DNA of 64,000 nucleotides, from assembly GCA_002011125.2 (NCBI GenBank), contig MTMF02000009.1, forward strand, positions 460,006-524,005. Direction: 5' to 3'. Shown here piece by piece: positions 9,394 to 22,581 of the stretch (within the stretch, counting starts at the first letter, position 1; the number at the start of each line of letters is the position of its first letter). The position numbers were made by a program, and so were the translations under genes. This DNA comes from Candidatus Hydrothermarchaeum profundi (GTDB taxonomy: Archaea > Hydrothermarchaeota > Hydrothermarchaeia > Hydrothermarchaeales > Hydrothermarchaeaceae). Below the pieces are notes generated by a model. That model made no database searches, was not told the origin of the DNA, and saw nothing but the letters and a program-made list of their open reading frames with translations.

Positions 9394-10056
9394 ATGAAGG
9401 ACCATGTAGTAATTTGTGGTTATGGATATAATGGTAAAAAACTCGCTGAAGAACTAGACAGAAGGAATATTGAATACATCATTATAGATAAGAGAGAGGA
9501 TGCTTTTAAAGAATTAAAAAAAATAAAGACCAAAAAAATTGTAGGAGACGGCAAAGACGAAGAAACACTAAAGAAAGCATATATTAAGGAGGCTAGAACT
9601 CTTCTGATTACTGTAAGCAGTGATGTTGAAGCGGCGTTTATAAGTCTAGTAGCAAAGAAATTAAATCCTTCCCTAAACATAATAGTTAAGGCTAATAAAC
9701 TCGAATCTATTAATAAATTATATCAAGCAGGAGCAACTAAGGTAGTTTCTCCCCTAGTTATCGGCGGAAAACTCGCAGCAAAATACGCTATTCGGCCCTT
9801 TGTAGCAGAGTTTCTAGATATGATAACTTTTACAAAGGATCTAGATATAACACAATTTAAAGTTGAAAAAGACTCACATTTTAACAATAAAAAAATAAAA
9901 GATCTAAATCTCTCTCAAAAGAAGATTTCAATATTAGCCATATATAGAAAAGGAAATCTACTTCCCAATCCTTCCCCAGACCTAGAACTCAAGCCAGAGG
10001 ATATTGTTGTAATCCTAGGATCCTCGAAGGAGATTAGAGAATTAACCCATCACTAA
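9394..10056 (+). CDS. Stand-alone RCK (TrkA-N/TrkA-C) regulatory subunit
   Basis: [14 protein letters not shown] Rossmann motif; GDG.DEE.L..A.I..A; AGA..VVSP; TrkA-C. Confidence 0.9.
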   Translation: MKDHVVICGYGYNGKKLAEELDRRNIEYIIIDKREDAFKELKKIKTKKIVGDGKDEETLKKAYIKEARTLLITVSSDVEAAFISLVAKKLNPSLNIIVKANKLESINKLYQAGATKVVSPLVIGGKLAAKYAIRPFVAEFLDMITFTKDLDITQFKVEKDSHFNNKKIKDLNLSQKKISILAIYRKGNLLPNPSPDLELKPEDIVVILGSSKEIRELTHH

Positions 10057-12485
10057 TCTTTAACTGTAACTTTAGTAAATGCCGCTACTTTATCTCCTTT
10101 ATCTAATTTCATAAGCTTTACGCCTTGAGTATTTCTCCCTATGACCGATATCCCTCTTACAGGAAGCCTAATTATAACCCCTTCCCTACTGCTTATCATA
10201 ATCTCATCATCATCGGCCACATCTTCAATACCTACAACTAGACCATTTCTTTTGCTCGGAATTATATTAATTACTCCTTTACCGCCTCTACGATGAAGAG
10301 GATAATCTTCTAAAGCCGTTCTCTTACCATATCCATTCTCAGTAACGGTTAAAATAGTGTCACCTTTAGAAACAATCTTCATACCAACTATTTCATCCTT
10401 TTCTCTCAATCTCATTCCAATGACTCCCTTAGCCGTTCTTCCCATAGGTCTAACGTCATCTTCTGAAAACCTTATTGCTTTTCCATATTTCGCTGCTAGG
10501 ATAATTTCCCTAGAACCGTCTGTTAATCCGACTTTCACAAGGTCATCTCCATCTTCCAAGGTTATAGCTCTAATACCCCCTCTCCGAGGATTGCTAAAAT
10601 CTGATAAAGGAGTCTTTTTAACCATTCCTTTTTTAGTCGCAAAAAATAAGTAGTGCTTTTCATCAAACTCCTTTACCGCTATATTAGCAGTTACTTTTTC
10701 TCCCTCGTCTAACTCAATTAGATTTACTATTGCTTTACCTTTTGAATATCTCCCCCCAGTTGGGATATTATATACTTTTTTCCAATGGACTTTTCCTTTA
10801 TTTGTAAAAAATAATATGTAATCATGAGTAGATGCAACAAATATATCCGAGATCATATCTTCTTCTTTTGTCTCCATGCCTATGATCCCTTTTCCGCCTC
10901 TTCGCTGAGCCCTATATGTAGTAAGAGGCAGCTTTTTAATATATCCACTACTCGTAACAGTTACAACAACTTCTTCTTCCTTTATAAGATCCTCAATATC
11001 TATCTCTCCCGGGTCCTCAATTATTTCAGTTCTCCTAGAATCACCGTATTTATTTTTAAGTTCAAACAACTCCTCTTTAATAATCTTGAGAATCTCAGAT
11101 TCACTCGCCAGCACTTCTTTAAGACGTGAAATAAGCTTAAGTAGACCCTTATATTCATCATCAATCTTCTCCCTCTCTAATGTAGTAAGCTTCTGTAGCT
11201 TCATATCTAATATCGCATTTGCTTGCTCTACACTAAGTTTAAAATTCAAAATAAGTCCTTCTCTAGCTTCGTCCGTTGTCTTAGAAGCTCTAACGAGTTT
11301 AATAACCTTATCTATGTTGTTAAGAGCTATACGGAGTCCTTCTAATATATGCGCTCTCCTCTCAGCTTTTTCTAACTCAAACTTTGTTCTCCTTGTGACT
11401 ACATTTTTTCTATGTTTTATGAACTCCCAAATCGTATCCTGGAGAGTTAAAACCTTTGGCTCCCCATCCACCAAAGCTAGATTAATTATCCCAAAAGTGC
11501 TTTCAAGCTGAGTATGCTTATATAGCTGGTTCAAGACTATTTCCGGTACTGCGCCACTCTTAAGAACAAAAACAATCCTCATACCCTCCCTGTCTGACTC
11601 ATCCCTAATATCAGAAATACCGTCTATTACTTTATTCCTAACTAACTCCGCAGCATTTTCAATTAACTTTGCCTTATTAACCTGATAAGGAATCTCGGTT
11701 ACAACGATGCAATCTCTATTTTTTATTTTTTCGAAAACTGCTCTACCACGTATTTTTATACTGCCCCTACCACTACTATAAGCTTCTATTATGCCCTTTC
11801 TACCTAAAATCAGGCCCCCTGTCGGAAAATCAGGCCCCTTAATATATCTCATCAAACTTCTTAAGTCGGCATCAGGATTATCAATTTGATAAGTAATAGC
11901 ATCTACCACCTCCGCCAAATTATGAGGCGGAATATTAGTAGCCATTCCAACTGCTATACCTGAGGAACCGTTTATAAGGAGATTCGGGACTTTCCCAGGA
12001 AGTATTGACGGCTCCTTTAAGGATTCGTCGAAATTAGGAACAAAATCAACCGTATTCTTATCTATATCTTCTATTAATTCCTCAGCTATCTTTTCCAGCC
12101 TTGCCTCAGTATATCGCATCGCCGCAGCGGAATCACCATCGACGCTACCGAAATTGCCTTGACCATCTATTAACGGATATCGTAAAGAGAAGTCTTGAAC
12201 CATTCTTACTAGGGCATCGTATACTGCCATATCACCATGCGGATGATACTTACCTAAAACTTCCCCAACTATCCTAGCACACTTTTTATAGGGTTTGTTA
12301 GATGTCAAGCCCATGTCCCGCATGGCATATAGTATGCGCCGATGTACAGGTTTCAAACCATCTCGGACATCTGGAAGCGCTCTGCCCACTATCACACTCA
12401 TAGCGTAGTCAATATAGCTACGCTTCATTTCTTCTTCAATCTTCACAGGAATTATAATCTCGCCGCTAGGTATTTCTACGCTCAT
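10053..12485 (-). CDS. gyrA: DNA gyrase subunit A
   Basis: [16 protein letters not shown]; YHPHGD; AAMRYTE (catalytic Tyr); GyrA-box QRRGGKG; pinwheel repeats. Confidence 0.98.
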   Translation of the reverse strand: MSVEIPSGEIIIPVKIEEEMKRSYIDYAMSVIVGRALPDVRDGLKPVHRRILYAMRDMGLTSNKPYKKCARIVGEVLGKYHPHGDMAVYDALVRMVQDFSLRYPLIDGQGNFGSVDGDSAAAMRYTEARLEKIAEELIEDIDKNTVDFVPNFDESLKEPSILPGKVPNLLINGSSGIAVGMATNIPPHNLAEVVDAITYQIDNPDADLRSLMRYIKGPDFPTGGLILGRKGIIEAYSSGRGSIKIRGRAVFEKIKNRDCIVVTEIPYQVNKAKLIENAAELVRNKVIDGISDIRDESDREGMRIVFVLKSGAVPEIVLNQLYKHTQLESTFGIINLALVDGEPKVLTLQDTIWEFIKHRKNVVTRRTKFELEKAERRAHILEGLRIALNNIDKVIKLVRASKTTDEAREGLILNFKLSVEQANAILDMKLQKLTTLEREKIDDEYKGLLKLISRLKEVLASESEILKIIKEELFELKNKYGDSRRTEIIEDPGEIDIEDLIKEEEVVVTVTSSGYIKKLPLTTYRAQRRGGKGIIGMETKEEDMISDIFVASTHDYILFFTNKGKVHWKKVYNIPTGGRYSKGKAIVNLIELDEGEKVTANIAVKEFDEKHYLFFATKKGMVKKTPLSDFSNPRRGGIRAITLEDGDDLVKVGLTDGSREIILAAKYGKAIRFSEDDVRPMGRTAKGVIGMRLREKDEIVGMKIVSKGDTILTVTENGYGKRTALEDYPLHRRGGKGVINIIPSKRNGLVVGIEDVADDDEIMISSREGVIIRLPVRGISVIGRNTQGVKLMKLDKGDKVAAFTKVTVKD

Positions 12486-12488
12486 AAG

Positions 12489-14477
<1,989 letters not shown>

Positions 14478-14547
14478 CTATTTCCGGCTCTAAAAACCTT
14501 TTTATTTAATATAGATGAATTTACCCTTTGCAAGGCTGTTTGAAAAA

Positions 14548-14823
14548 ATGACTCGGAGAAAAAGAATTATTAATGCTTTAAGATACAATCCTCTAACTAT
14601 TGAGGAGATATCGGAAATCGCTGAAGTAAACGTTAAAACTGTAATAAGCGACTTAAAGCATATAAGGCTCTCGCTTAAAAACCAAAATAAAAGCTTATAC
14701 ATCCAGCCGCCTTATTGCAATTCCTGCGATTCTATTATAAACATTAAAGATATTAAGAATATTAAGAAGTGCCCAAAATGTAAGTCGGAATGGATATCCA
14801 GAGCTAGATTTTTTATAAGGTGA
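14548..14823 (+). CDS. HTH plus Zn-ribbon transcriptional regulator (COG3357-like)
   Basis: TRRKRII..L; DLKHI..S; PPYC..C...CPKCKSEWI. Alternative start 14515. Confidence 0.8.
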   Translation: MTRRKRIINALRYNPLTIEEISEIAEVNVKTVISDLKHIRLSLKNQNKSLYIQPPYCNSCDSIINIKDIKNIKKCPKCKSEWISRARFFIR

Positions 14824-14827
14824 TTAG

Positions 14828-16168
14828 ATGCTTACCTGGGTTGAAAAATATAGGCCCCAAAAACTAAGGGACATTGCAGGTAACCCTAGAGCAATAAAAG
14901 ATCTAGTTAAATGGGCTGAAAGCTGGAAAAAAGGTATCCCCACTAAAAAAGCCATATTGCTTCACGGCCCTCCCGGCACCGGCAAAACCACTACAGCATA
15001 TGCTTTAGCGAGGGAACTTGGTTACGATTATATAGAGCTAAACGCTTCTGATAGCCGGACAAAAGATATTGTAGATAGAATCATTGGAAATGCGTCTAAG
15101 CTAGGAACTTTGAATCCTAATTTGGTAAAAAAAGTATTGATAATTGATGAAGTCGACGGAATACATGGCAAGGAAGAATACGGAGGACTCGCAGCTTTAA
15201 AAAAGTGGATTAAAACTTCATTGCAACCAATTATTCTCATTGCGAATGATCCCTGGGCACTGCCCAAAGAATTCAGAAATCTGTGCGAAATGGTTGCCTT
15301 CAAAAGAATTGATCAGAGGACTGTATTGAAAGTGTTGAAGAAAATCTGCTCAAGAGAAGGGATTACCGCAGATGAAAGAGCATTGAAGTTAATAGCTACT
15401 AACTCGAATGGTGATCTACGTTCAGCTATAAATGATCTTCAAAGTCTTTCTGAAGGAAAGAAAAAGATCAGTTTAGATGATACTGATATTCTTACAATCA
15501 GAGACTCTGAGCTACGGATTTTTGAAACTATGGCCCGCATATTTAAAGCAACCTCATGTGATAGAGCTAAGGAAGCTCTCAGAGAATCTGAAGAACAGCC
15601 TGAAACGGTATTAATGTGGGTAGCTGAGAACCTCCCTATCGAATATGAGGATCCAAGTGATTTAGCAAGAGGATACGATAGCATATCCAAGGCTGATATT
15701 TTTCTTGGCCGAATAGAAAGAAGGCAGGATTGGGGACTACTTAAATATGCTGTAGATTACATGTCTGCGGGAGTAGCGATGGCTAAGAAGAGAAGATATC
15801 ATAAATGGTCGCGATATCAGTATCCCAAAATCCTGACTATTTACGCTGAAACTCGCAAAAAAAGAGAAATAATGAACTCGATTGCAGAAAAGCTTCAAGG
15901 GAAGAAAGATACCTATGAAAAATGTCATGGTTCAAAAAAATTAATGAAGTCCTACTTACCCATTATGAGAATAATATTTAATAACAACTATGAGATGGCT
16001 GCTCAGATAGCATCAGAATTTGAGTTAAATCTAGAGGATATCAGTTTTTTTATAGAGGATAATGAGACCGCTGGGAAAATATACTACCGTGCAAAAGAAC
16101 TCACTTCGGAAAGAATCAAATTAAAAACACGAGGAGAAAAGCAAATCTCACTTCTTGAGTTTGGATAA
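14828..16168 (+). CDS. rfcL: Replication factor C large subunit
   Basis: WVEKYRP; GPPGTGKT; ELNASD; IDEVD; GDLRSAINDLQ; C-terminal PIP box KQISLLEF. Confidence 0.96.
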   Translation: MLTWVEKYRPQKLRDIAGNPRAIKDLVKWAESWKKGIPTKKAILLHGPPGTGKTTTAYALARELGYDYIELNASDSRTKDIVDRIIGNASKLGTLNPNLVKKVLIIDEVDGIHGKEEYGGLAALKKWIKTSLQPIILIANDPWALPKEFRNLCEMVAFKRIDQRTVLKVLKKICSREGITADERALKLIATNSNGDLRSAINDLQSLSEGKKKISLDDTDILTIRDSELRIFETMARIFKATSCDRAKEALRESEEQPETVLMWVAENLPIEYEDPSDLARGYDSISKADIFLGRIERRQDWGLLKYAVDYMSAGVAMAKKRRYHKWSRYQYPKILTIYAETRKKREIMNSIAEKLQGKKDTYEKCHGSKKLMKSYLPIMRIIFNNNYEMAAQIASEFELNLEDISFFIEDNETAGKIYYRAKELTSERIKLKTRGEKQISLLEFG

Positions 16169-16942
16169 AGTATCGAGGATATGCTGATCTATTAAAGCCG
16201 TTCTACTTAGACTAATTTTAGATTCAAAAATATTTTGAGTAAGATTATCCAGAGAGTATTTCTCATAATTAAATTCAAAAGGATATCTTATATCCCATAA
16301 GATCAAGCCTTCAGGACCGGAGGGAGGTATTTTTTTATTTATCTCCGGATTGAAGTACATTTTAAGATTTTCTAGAGTTATTTCGCCATTGCCCACTTTT
16401 TTCAATGCAGTCATTATTCTTCTTACCATTTGCCATAAAAAGCTTTTACCCGATAATGTAACAACAAAAAATTCGCCCTCCTTGTTTATATCTGCTTTAT
16501 TAATTCTTCTAATGGGATTCCTCTTATCTGAGACGCAGAAATTATGGAAGCTGTGAATTCCCTCAAAGACTTTTATCCCTTTTTTTAATAATTCAAGATC
16601 ATACCCTTCATCATACAAAAAATATTTATATACTCTTTCCAATGCCTCATTCCGAGGATTAAAATCATCAGAAACTTCTCTAATACCATAAACTCTTATA
16701 TTTCTCGATATTACACTATTCAACATCCTTGGTGATATTTTGATGTTAGTTGTAACTGCGAATACGTTTCCAAGAGCAGAAACACCTTTATCCGTTCTCC
16801 CCGCCCTTTGAAAATTACTTGCCACTATACCAAGCTTTTCAAATCCTTCAATTAGCTCTCCTTCAACAGTTCGAACACCTGGCTGTATTTGAGAGCCGAA
16901 AAAACTTTTGCCATCATAATAAACCTTAAGGGCGTATCTCAT
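16148..16942 (-). CDS. truA: tRNA pseudouridine(38-40) synthase
   Basis: YDG..F.GSQ.QP..RTVEG; AGRTDKGVSA; SFLWQMVRR. Confidence 0.95.
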   Translation of the reverse strand: MRYALKVYYDGKSFFGSQIQPGVRTVEGELIEGFEKLGIVASNFQRAGRTDKGVSALGNVFAVTTNIKISPRMLNSVISRNIRVYGIREVSDDFNPRNEALERVYKYFLYDEGYDLELLKKGIKVFEGIHSFHNFCVSDKRNPIRRINKADINKEGEFFVVTLSGKSFLWQMVRRIMTALKKVGNGEITLENLKMYFNPEINKKIPPSGPEGLILWDIRYPFEFNYEKYSLDNLTQNIFESKISLSRTALIDQHILDTLSKLKK

Positions 16943-17640
16943 TCAACGCTCCTCAAACCACTTCCAACTATCGTGAATTTAGTACTTATAGATTCCGGCA
17001 TAGAGCGATGCCTTCTAAGAATAGCGACTCTAACACCATTTTCTTTTTGAAGTTCTATTATCGTCTTGCTCCAATATTTCAAAATATTTCCGCCTACGGG
17101 TTCCACGCCTCCATTCTCAAAAGAGGAGTAAACTTGATTAGTTATAATCACAGCTAAATTAAACTTCTTAGCTACCTCTCTGAGAAGTTCAAGTTGCTTG
17201 CTGAGCTGGCGACTCATTGACAGTTTATCTTCATCTGCTCCTGTCCTAAATAGCGTTACTGCGCTATCTAAAACAATTAAACCAAAATCTTCGTTAACTA
17301 CCTTACCTAAGTTTTTAATAATTTTATCCTGCTCTTCAAAATTGGTGGGTTCAAAGAATATACAATTCTCCAGTACTCTCTTAAAATCATCCTTTGCTAT
17401 CTGTTTTATCCTCTCGATAGAGTGACCTCCTTCTGTATCAATAAAAATTACTTTCTTCCCGGCTCTTACGCAGTTGATAGCGAGAATAAGGCAAATATTT
17501 GTTTTCCCACTAGCAGGAGGACCATAAATTTGCGTAATAATTTTACTCTCTATTCCTCCCCCAAGTATGTCATCAATGCAACATCCTATCTGCAGTTTTT
17601 TAGTATTGTCAACGGCGCGGAAAGGTTCCAGTTCTTTCAT
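16939..17640 (-). CDS. radB: DNA repair and recombination protein RadB
   Basis: GPPASGKT; IDTEG; VLDS; ITNQV; C-terminal RHRS (KHR) motif; no RadA N-domain. Confidence 0.95.
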   Translation of the reverse strand: MKELEPFRAVDNTKKLQIGCCIDDILGGGIESKIITQIYGPPASGKTNICLILAINCVRAGKKVIFIDTEGGHSIERIKQIAKDDFKRVLENCIFFEPTNFEEQDKIIKNLGKVVNEDFGLIVLDSAVTLFRTGADEDKLSMSRQLSKQLELLREVAKKFNLAVIITNQVYSSFENGGVEPVGGNILKYWSKTIIELQKENGVRVAILRRHRSMPESISTKFTIVGSGLRSVE

Positions 17641-17710
17641 TTTAAAACCATGTTTGAATTACTCCAACATTTTCCTCCCTGAGATATAATTCTTTTCCTT
17701 TCCATATTTA

Positions 17711-20700
17711 TTAATTGATGAAATCAGATAATGAAACCTGCTTCGCTGCATCATTATCGAAGACTGACGAAATACTCATTTCTATGATTTCAATTCTCTG
17801 GCGTAGATAATCTTCTAACCGGTAATCTTCTATTAAGGATTTAGTGACCTCAAGATATTTTTCAACAGAGCCCTTAGAAACCGTCAATACTAGTTTTCCT
17901 CCACCACATTTCCTACACTTCCCATTCAAAGGTACCCTCCGGTATTTTGTGTTGCAATTAACGCATCTAGTGGTTTGCTTTGAAAAAGCCCTTAAATTAC
18001 CCGCCAAATCAGGTAAAAAATGGCTTTCTATTACTCTACGCGCTACGTCTTTTTCATCCACGGCTCTTATTTTCTTGGCTAAATCAAGTTGATGACGCAC
18101 TTTTTCAAACATAGCTCCTAAGGTTTTATAGGAACTCATCACCGGTCCAGAAGAAATTTCACTAGTATCATGCGTAAACTTTAAGCCATAATACTGCTCT
18201 GGCTTTCCGATTCTATTAGATACCGTTTCTATTAAGCTTGCCATCTCCTGAGGACGAGCATATCTAAGACTAGCTTCAAAGAATTCTAAAGGATATTTTT
18301 CCACTATATCTAAATTGTGAGCCTCATCATCAATCTCAGCCGGATCTAGCTTCAATGTTAGAACTAAAGGAGCGTCCATTTTTCCTCCTCTTGTACTAGG
18401 TAGATATTTTTTAGAGAAATTAATCAAAGCATCAAGGAGAAGTATAACAGAATCCTCATCTCCATCACAGTTCCGTCGGCGCGCAGCATGAAAATAAGGA
18501 TGCGCATATCCAACATTAGCCTTACAAAATCCGATTATCCTGCCTAATATTGCCGCAGACGTATGAGGAGCCAAACCAATAACAAGGTGTCCTAAAAGGT
18601 CTTCCTTAGTTTCAGCTCTATAGAAGGGCTCTAGCCCGTATAGCTGAGTTAATAAATCGTCAACAAATTTAGCAACCCTGAGAAGATAATCAGCGCCTGC
18701 CTCAGGAAGTATTATATCCTGACACTTAAGCTCAACAATTTGGTCATCTCTCTCTAATGGCCTGCCTTTGTAGTCCTTTTCATATCCTAGTTCTTTCAGC
18801 TTCTCTACTGAAACATTAATTTCGGAAGGTCTGAAATGCGTTAGAGGAACATCAGTAGAATCAAATCTAATCGTTCCATCTTTAAAAACAAAAACTCTAT
18901 GTCTCGATCTTAAGATACCTTTTTCAAGTGGCTCAGGTATCTTAAATGATGACGTCATCCCTATAACTCCTTTTAAATCATTAAAGGCGTTGCCCACTTT
19001 TTTAACAGCCTCATTTAACTCCTCCCTAACATTTATCTCTCTTTCCTCAAAGCATTTAGTTGGAGCTGCACATGCCGGGTTTTTACAAATCTCAGTGTTA
19101 TTCTCATAAACTCTACCGCATTTAATACAGATTCTTTTTAGCTTAGTGACCTTTCCACACGTAGGGCAAAGGGTTTTAAAGGTGATTTTACCACACACCG
19201 GACAGCTTCTTCTTGCAATCTCTACTCTTATTTTGAAGTTTTGAGCAGCCTTCTTAACATCCCGTGTCCTACCTCCCTCTTGACCTACTGGGAAAAGTAC
19301 GTTAACAGGCGGTTGCATTTTTCTTTCCTTTGCTTTCTCCGGTCTTCCCATTCTAGCTCCAATATACGTAGGTGCCTTAGCCCTAACCTTTATACCAAAG
19401 CTATTAACAATTTCCATTACATCTAACGATTTATCAAAGACCTTATTGAATTGATCCATAGAAAAATCCTGTATTCCTAAAACTCTTAATAGCGCTTTAT
19501 ATTCCTCTATTATTATATTATTGCCTTTAACGCTATGCGGTACTCCAAGTACTTCTAGAACCCTTTTTGCATCAGACTTTTTTAAGACAAGGGCGTCGCT
19601 TTCAATTTGACCTTGGCATAGCCATTCACACAGTTTTTTAAGATCATCTTTTTCTATGTCATGATAAAAGTAAGTATATCTTGGATGAAGAGGTATTGCA
19701 AGTTCTTCTGATATCTTTAAAGCTACTTCTTGGGAAGGTATCCTTTTTCTATCAATATACTCTCTAAATTTCCCACTATCTGCCTCCTCCAACTCTTGAA
19801 TCCACCACTCTTCCACATAGCCGGACGGCATTAGAACATGATTATTTTCCAAAAAATCTCCAAAACTAACTAGGATGTCCCCCAAAAAAAGAATCTCCTT
19901 TATACTATCCTTCACTCTTTCTGCTTCTTCTTCGCTTTCAACTCTAATAACGCTTCCATCTACCAGCTTAACTATAGGTCCTTCAATTTCATCGCATGGT
20001 GTTATTGCTGAACCTTTACCGGGCCTCTCGGTTTTTATTTGAGTTCCAATAGCAATAAACCCGTCTAGCAAAATCATCGTAGCTGGGTGCAACGAGCATG
20101 CTGCCAGACCCGAATTCCTACACCTACCGTATCTTAATCTTAATCCTCCCTTCCTAGAAGGATGAGACAAAACCGGTCTACCAGCTATTAAGTCTTTAAT
20201 ATACTTATAATTAGGGCTTATTTCAATATTACTTTCGACTCTTTCTACTTTTGAGTTATTAATCTCTCTGAGCCATTCCCATCCCTTTAGATCAAGTTTT
20301 TCAACGTATTTCAATATTTTAGGCGCTTTCTGAAGAACTCCTTCTGCTAATGCAAGAATAGCTCCTCCTCTTAGTTGATTTGTTTCAACTCTTGGGAGGT
20401 CTCTATACCCAGAGACCTCTATTTTATCTGTTGACTCGCCAGTAATTTCAATAGGGATATTTCTTACTGCTAACCGCGTTTCCTTTGCACTAGGAAGATA
20501 CTGAAGTCTAGCGGCTTCTTGGTTATATAAATCCACTTCCTCTACGAATCTCTCTATCTCATCGCTAGTAGGTTTATATCTATCTAGACCAACTGCTCTT
20601 CTAATATAATCTCCGGTTAACACAGCAAGAGCTTGAGCAGATCCTCCTGCAGATCTTATAGGCCCCGCAAAATAAATAGCCAAATATTTTGAGCCATCTA

Positions 20701-21073
20701 AATTTTTTTTAACTTTAACTTTAACTATACCTTCTAGCGGAGCGGCTACAATTCCTTCAGTAAGTATCGCTAGGGAAGTTCTTATTGCCTGTTCTGAGGC
20801 TTCTTCTAATGAAGAAAAATTTTGAAATTTACCTTCCACAATTTCTTTAGCAATTTTAAGAGAGGCCTCCTCCTTTGACATGCTAGAAGTCAATTCTCGA
20901 ATTCTATTAGAAATGCCGGGAGGACCAACTAATCCTTCTACCCTCTCCGCTAGATCTTTAGCTAATGGTATCTCTGGGTCTAACTCGGGGTCATAACCTC
21001 GCTTCCTTGCCTTACGAGCTACCTCATATGCTTTTTCAACCTCCTCTTCCAGTTTTTTAAAATATAACATCAT
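17711..21073 (-). CDS. polC: DNA polymerase D large subunit DP2
   Basis: AGPIRSAGG; RLRYGR; GARMGRPEKAK; FKDGTIRFD; HAARRRNCDGDED catalytic motif; Zn fingers; PIP box KQVSLSDF. Confidence 0.98.
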   Translation of the reverse strand: MMLYFKKLEEEVEKAYEVARKARKRGYDPELDPEIPLAKDLAERVEGLVGPPGISNRIRELTSSMSKEEASLKIAKEIVEGKFQNFSSLEEASEQAIRTSLAILTEGIVAAPLEGIVKVKVKKNLDGSKYLAIYFAGPIRSAGGSAQALAVLTGDYIRRAVGLDRYKPTSDEIERFVEEVDLYNQEAARLQYLPSAKETRLAVRNIPIEITGESTDKIEVSGYRDLPRVETNQLRGGAILALAEGVLQKAPKILKYVEKLDLKGWEWLREINNSKVERVESNIEISPNYKYIKDLIAGRPVLSHPSRKGGLRLRYGRCRNSGLAACSLHPATMILLDGFIAIGTQIKTERPGKGSAITPCDEIEGPIVKLVDGSVIRVESEEEAERVKDSIKEILFLGDILVSFGDFLENNHVLMPSGYVEEWWIQELEEADSGKFREYIDRKRIPSQEVALKISEELAIPLHPRYTYFYHDIEKDDLKKLCEWLCQGQIESDALVLKKSDAKRVLEVLGVPHSVKGNNIIIEEYKALLRVLGIQDFSMDQFNKVFDKSLDVMEIVNSFGIKVRAKAPTYIGARMGRPEKAKERKMQPPVNVLFPVGQEGGRTRDVKKAAQNFKIRVEIARRSCPVCGKITFKTLCPTCGKVTKLKRICIKCGRVYENNTEICKNPACAAPTKCFEEREINVREELNEAVKKVGNAFNDLKGVIGMTSSFKIPEPLEKGILRSRHRVFVFKDGTIRFDSTDVPLTHFRPSEINVSVEKLKELGYEKDYKGRPLERDDQIVELKCQDIILPEAGADYLLRVAKFVDDLLTQLYGLEPFYRAETKEDLLGHLVIGLAPHTSAAILGRIIGFCKANVGYAHPYFHAARRRNCDGDEDSVILLLDALINFSKKYLPSTRGGKMDAPLVLTLKLDPAEIDDEAHNLDIVEKYPLEFFEASLRYARPQEMASLIETVSNRIGKPEQYYGLKFTHDTSEISSGPVMSSYKTLGAMFEKVRHQLDLAKKIRAVDEKDVARRVIESHFLPDLAGNLRAFSKQTTRCVNCNTKYRRVPLNGKCRKCGGGKLVLTVSKGSVEKYLEVTKSLIEDYRLEDYLRQRIEIIEMSISSVFDNDAAKQVSLSDFIN

Positions 21074-22563
21074 AAGAACTCCATTTTAATAGTCTTAAGC
21101 TCAGAAAGGTCAATTATTGGAACTTTTCCTGGAGTTGGGATCATGTTCAGTTTCCTCTGAAATGATGTTTGATCCTGAAAGGTACCAGAATTTATAAGGG
21201 TTACTCCCCTATATTGAGCCCATCCATAGTGGTGTACATGTCCTAAGTGGAGAATATCCGGAAGATCTTCTATAACCATATAGTCCATGCTCTCCGGGGC
21301 TAAGGGAATTTTTCCCCCATAGATGGGAGTTAAATGCCTTTTCCTAAGAAGCTCTAACATTGCTTTTTCTGGCTTAGAATAAGAGTGATCCGGTAATGTT
21401 GAAATTATGTCATCTAGACTTCTCCCATGGTATGAAAGGACTTCAACTCCATGAAATGTAGTTCTACAGGGATTGCCGACCATATGAAATCTAGAGTTTT
21501 CATAGAATCTAGGTGCAAAATCCTGGCTTATAGCAGGCTGAGGTTCTGCTTGTCTAACCGCATCGTGATTTCCAGGAAGAACTATTATCTCGATATAATC
21601 TGGAATCTCCTCTAAAAAATCTGCGACTCTCTTATATTGCTGAGTAATATCTTTTATAACTAATTCCTTTTCTTGGCCTGGATAAACTCCCACTCCATCT
21701 ACAAGGTCTCCACCAATGAGTAGATATTTTATCCTTTCTGCTAGATTCTTGTGTTTTAGACTCCCCATTTCACCTTTTAGCCACTTTATGAACTTAGTGA
21801 AAACTTCCTCTAAAAATTTAGTACTGCCCATATGAATATCTGATATTAAAGCTAAACAGAGGGGAACATCGCTCTTATTGGCTTCTTTATTTATGGGCAG
21901 ATCAGGGAACAAAATCTCTTCGGCAATAACCATGTCATTCCACATTCTTCCTACAACGCCGATTACCTCGTCTTTTACAAGGGAATTAGAAACTTTCAAT
22001 AAGTCTCCATCATTTTTACTGAGTAATACAGTGATAGTGCCCGTAAGATCTTCTAGCTCTAGAAGGAGATGTCCTTTTTTACTCCATCTTATATCTGATA
22101 TCATCCCAATTAATCTAACGTCATCTCGGCTTCTTCTGCGGAGGTCTTCTATATTAGCGGCATCTTTAAGTTGCTCTCTGACCCTAAGTATGTTAGAAAT
22201 TTTTTCAAATCTATCCTGGAAATATTTAACAAATCCTTGGATATCCCCATTAGAAAAGGATCTATTTGTAATATCTAGTTCATTTTTTATTCTAAGTTCG
22301 GCGTCATACTCTTCGGCTAATGCTCTTTTCCTTTTTTTAAAAACAACTACATTATTTTCATTCTTTTCAAGAGAAGAGCCATTATTTTTTTTTAAAATAG
22401 TAATCTGCTCTACTGTTATTACGTTTTTGTTTTCTAGTTTTGTAAGTTTAGAAAGAATCCTCTCTATTTCGGAATCATCCATTTTTTTAAGCTCTTCTAA
22501 TGCAAGAGGATGTAAGTTTAAATTTCCTTCCAAAAATCTGCTAATTATTTCAATATCATCCAT
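21070..22563 (-). CDS. polB: DNA polymerase D small subunit DP1
   Basis: OB fold; SDIH.GS; GDLVDG.GVYP.Q; PGNHD; YHG.S; LGHVH; NSGTFQ.QT.FQ. Confidence 0.97.
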   Translation of the reverse strand: MDDIEIISRFLEGNLNLHPLALEELKKMDDSEIERILSKLTKLENKNVITVEQITILKKNNGSSLEKNENNVVVFKKRKRALAEEYDAELRIKNELDITNRSFSNGDIQGFVKYFQDRFEKISNILRVREQLKDAANIEDLRRRSRDDVRLIGMISDIRWSKKGHLLLELEDLTGTITVLLSKNDGDLLKVSNSLVKDEVIGVVGRMWNDMVIAEEILFPDLPINKEANKSDVPLCLALISDIHMGSTKFLEEVFTKFIKWLKGEMGSLKHKNLAERIKYLLIGGDLVDGVGVYPGQEKELVIKDITQQYKRVADFLEEIPDYIEIIVLPGNHDAVRQAEPQPAISQDFAPRFYENSRFHMVGNPCRTTFHGVEVLSYHGRSLDDIISTLPDHSYSKPEKAMLELLRKRHLTPIYGGKIPLAPESMDYMVIEDLPDILHLGHVHHYGWAQYRGVTLINSGTFQDQTSFQRKLNMIPTPGKVPIIDLSELKTIKMEFL

Positions 22564-22581
22564 AAAGACGCCTCATTAATC

